Shown here piece after piece: positions 54,901 through 55,501 of a DNA stretch of 55,501 nucleotides (positions are counted from its first letter, which is position 1; every line of letters begins with the position of its first letter). The stretch lies in IMG/VR virus record IMGVR_UViG_3300013110_000375, positions 1-55,501 of that record, one strand, 5' to 3'. The DNA is from a virus (Duplodnaviria > Caudoviricetes). The notes below the pieces were generated by a model. The model was not told the origin of the DNA, did not search any database, and saw only the letters and a program-made list of their open reading frames with translations. The position numbers and the translations under genes were made by a program.

Positions 54901-55501
54901 TTAAAAAATAAAATATTTGCTAATACCATCTGTATAGACGTTTATTGCAGCATATGGACTCTCAAGTCTTACAAAACTTTGTCCGTCAATAGTTTGAGAG
55001 CCGCTGGCGTTTATTTTAATAACGTGAGAATTAGCCGATCCTCTTTCATCTTTAAATATAAATGTTTGTCCGCTTGTTAGTGTTGAGGCATCTGGTAGCC
55101 TAACATCGAGGTTTGCTGATGCTGATATTCCAATAAAATAATCTGTAACCGATGCTGTGGTTACAGATGAAATCTGTCTCCGCTTTAAAACAAGACCACC
55201 TTGAAGGGATAACTTATTTCCATCAAAAGTTAAGTTCGCTTCTCCAACAATACCACCGGAACCATTGGCTGTTGTTATTCTGTTGTCTCCGTCATTAGTT
55301 ATAGAAACTGTCCCTCCGCCAAGAGAAGAAGTTAAAACAAGGTTTCCGGCTGTGTTTAGACCAATAAAACTTCCATTACCAGCAATCGAACCAGAAGATA
55401 TATTTGGAAAATGTATTTGACCCGATGCAGATAGATAAGTTCCAATCTCAATTCCACCAGATCCAGTTATATTTCCAGTAACAGTTAGCTTGCCACTCTC
55501 A
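54901..55501 (-). CDS. Partial fibre-like virion protein (C-terminal about 199 aa)
   Basis: Open frame ending ...QTIDGQSFVRLESPYAAINVYTDGISKYFIF*; shares modules with the 1128-aa and 754-aa proteins. Confidence 0.8.
   Translation of the reverse strand, partial: ESGKLTVTGNITGSGGIEIGTYLSASGQIHFPNISSGSIAGNGSFIGLNTAGNLVLTSSLGGGTVSITNDGDNRITTANGSGGIVGEANLTFDGNKLSLQGGLVLKRRQISSVTTASVTDYFIGISASANLDVRLPDASTLTSGQTFIFKDERGSANSHVIKINASGSQTIDGQSFVRLESPYAAINVYTDGISKYFIF

Noticed and set aside
1-55501. Alternative genetic code (stop-codon reassignment)
   Set aside because: Genes are full length and densely packed under code 11, and TAA, TAG and TGA all end recognisable proteins.

Overview
This is a 55.5-kb segment of a large, AT-rich, contractile-tailed (myovirus) phage with a T4-gp23-type major capsid protein. 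Essentially all genes are on the minus strand, and the plus-strand ORFs are shadows. In transcription order (right to left) it contains four modules. (1) A cluster of Gly/Ser/Thr-rich fibre or decoration proteins. (2) Morphogenesis genes: scaffold, major capsid, neck, tail terminator, sheath, two tail tubes, a tail chaperone pair with a U7 slippery site, tape measure, tube initiator, LysM wedge and an 1831-aa hub-like protein. (3) A minimal family A DNA polymerase, a divergent tubulin/FtsZ protein, and an EcoRI-like nuclease next to a Dam-like methylase. (4) Replication and accessory genes: gp32-like SSB, ParB-like protein, PvuII-like nuclease, RecA, PurA, 5'-3' exonuclease, DnaB helicase, class II RNR, GroES, ThyX, J-domain protein, vWA lipoprotein, thymidine kinase, PiT-like transporter, LpxH-like hydrolase, Smr and ClpS. 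Two signals stand out. The first is four H-type RNA pseudoknots with covarying stems at successive gene junctions between ssb and recA. The second is an orphan PvuII-family endonuclease in DNA where a by-eye scan found no SAGCTS site (CAGCTG, GAGCTC, CAGCTC/GAGCTG) although AGCT is common. The lipoprotein styles hint at a Myxococcota-like host, which is inference only. All family calls come from motif recognition by eye; no database searches were run.
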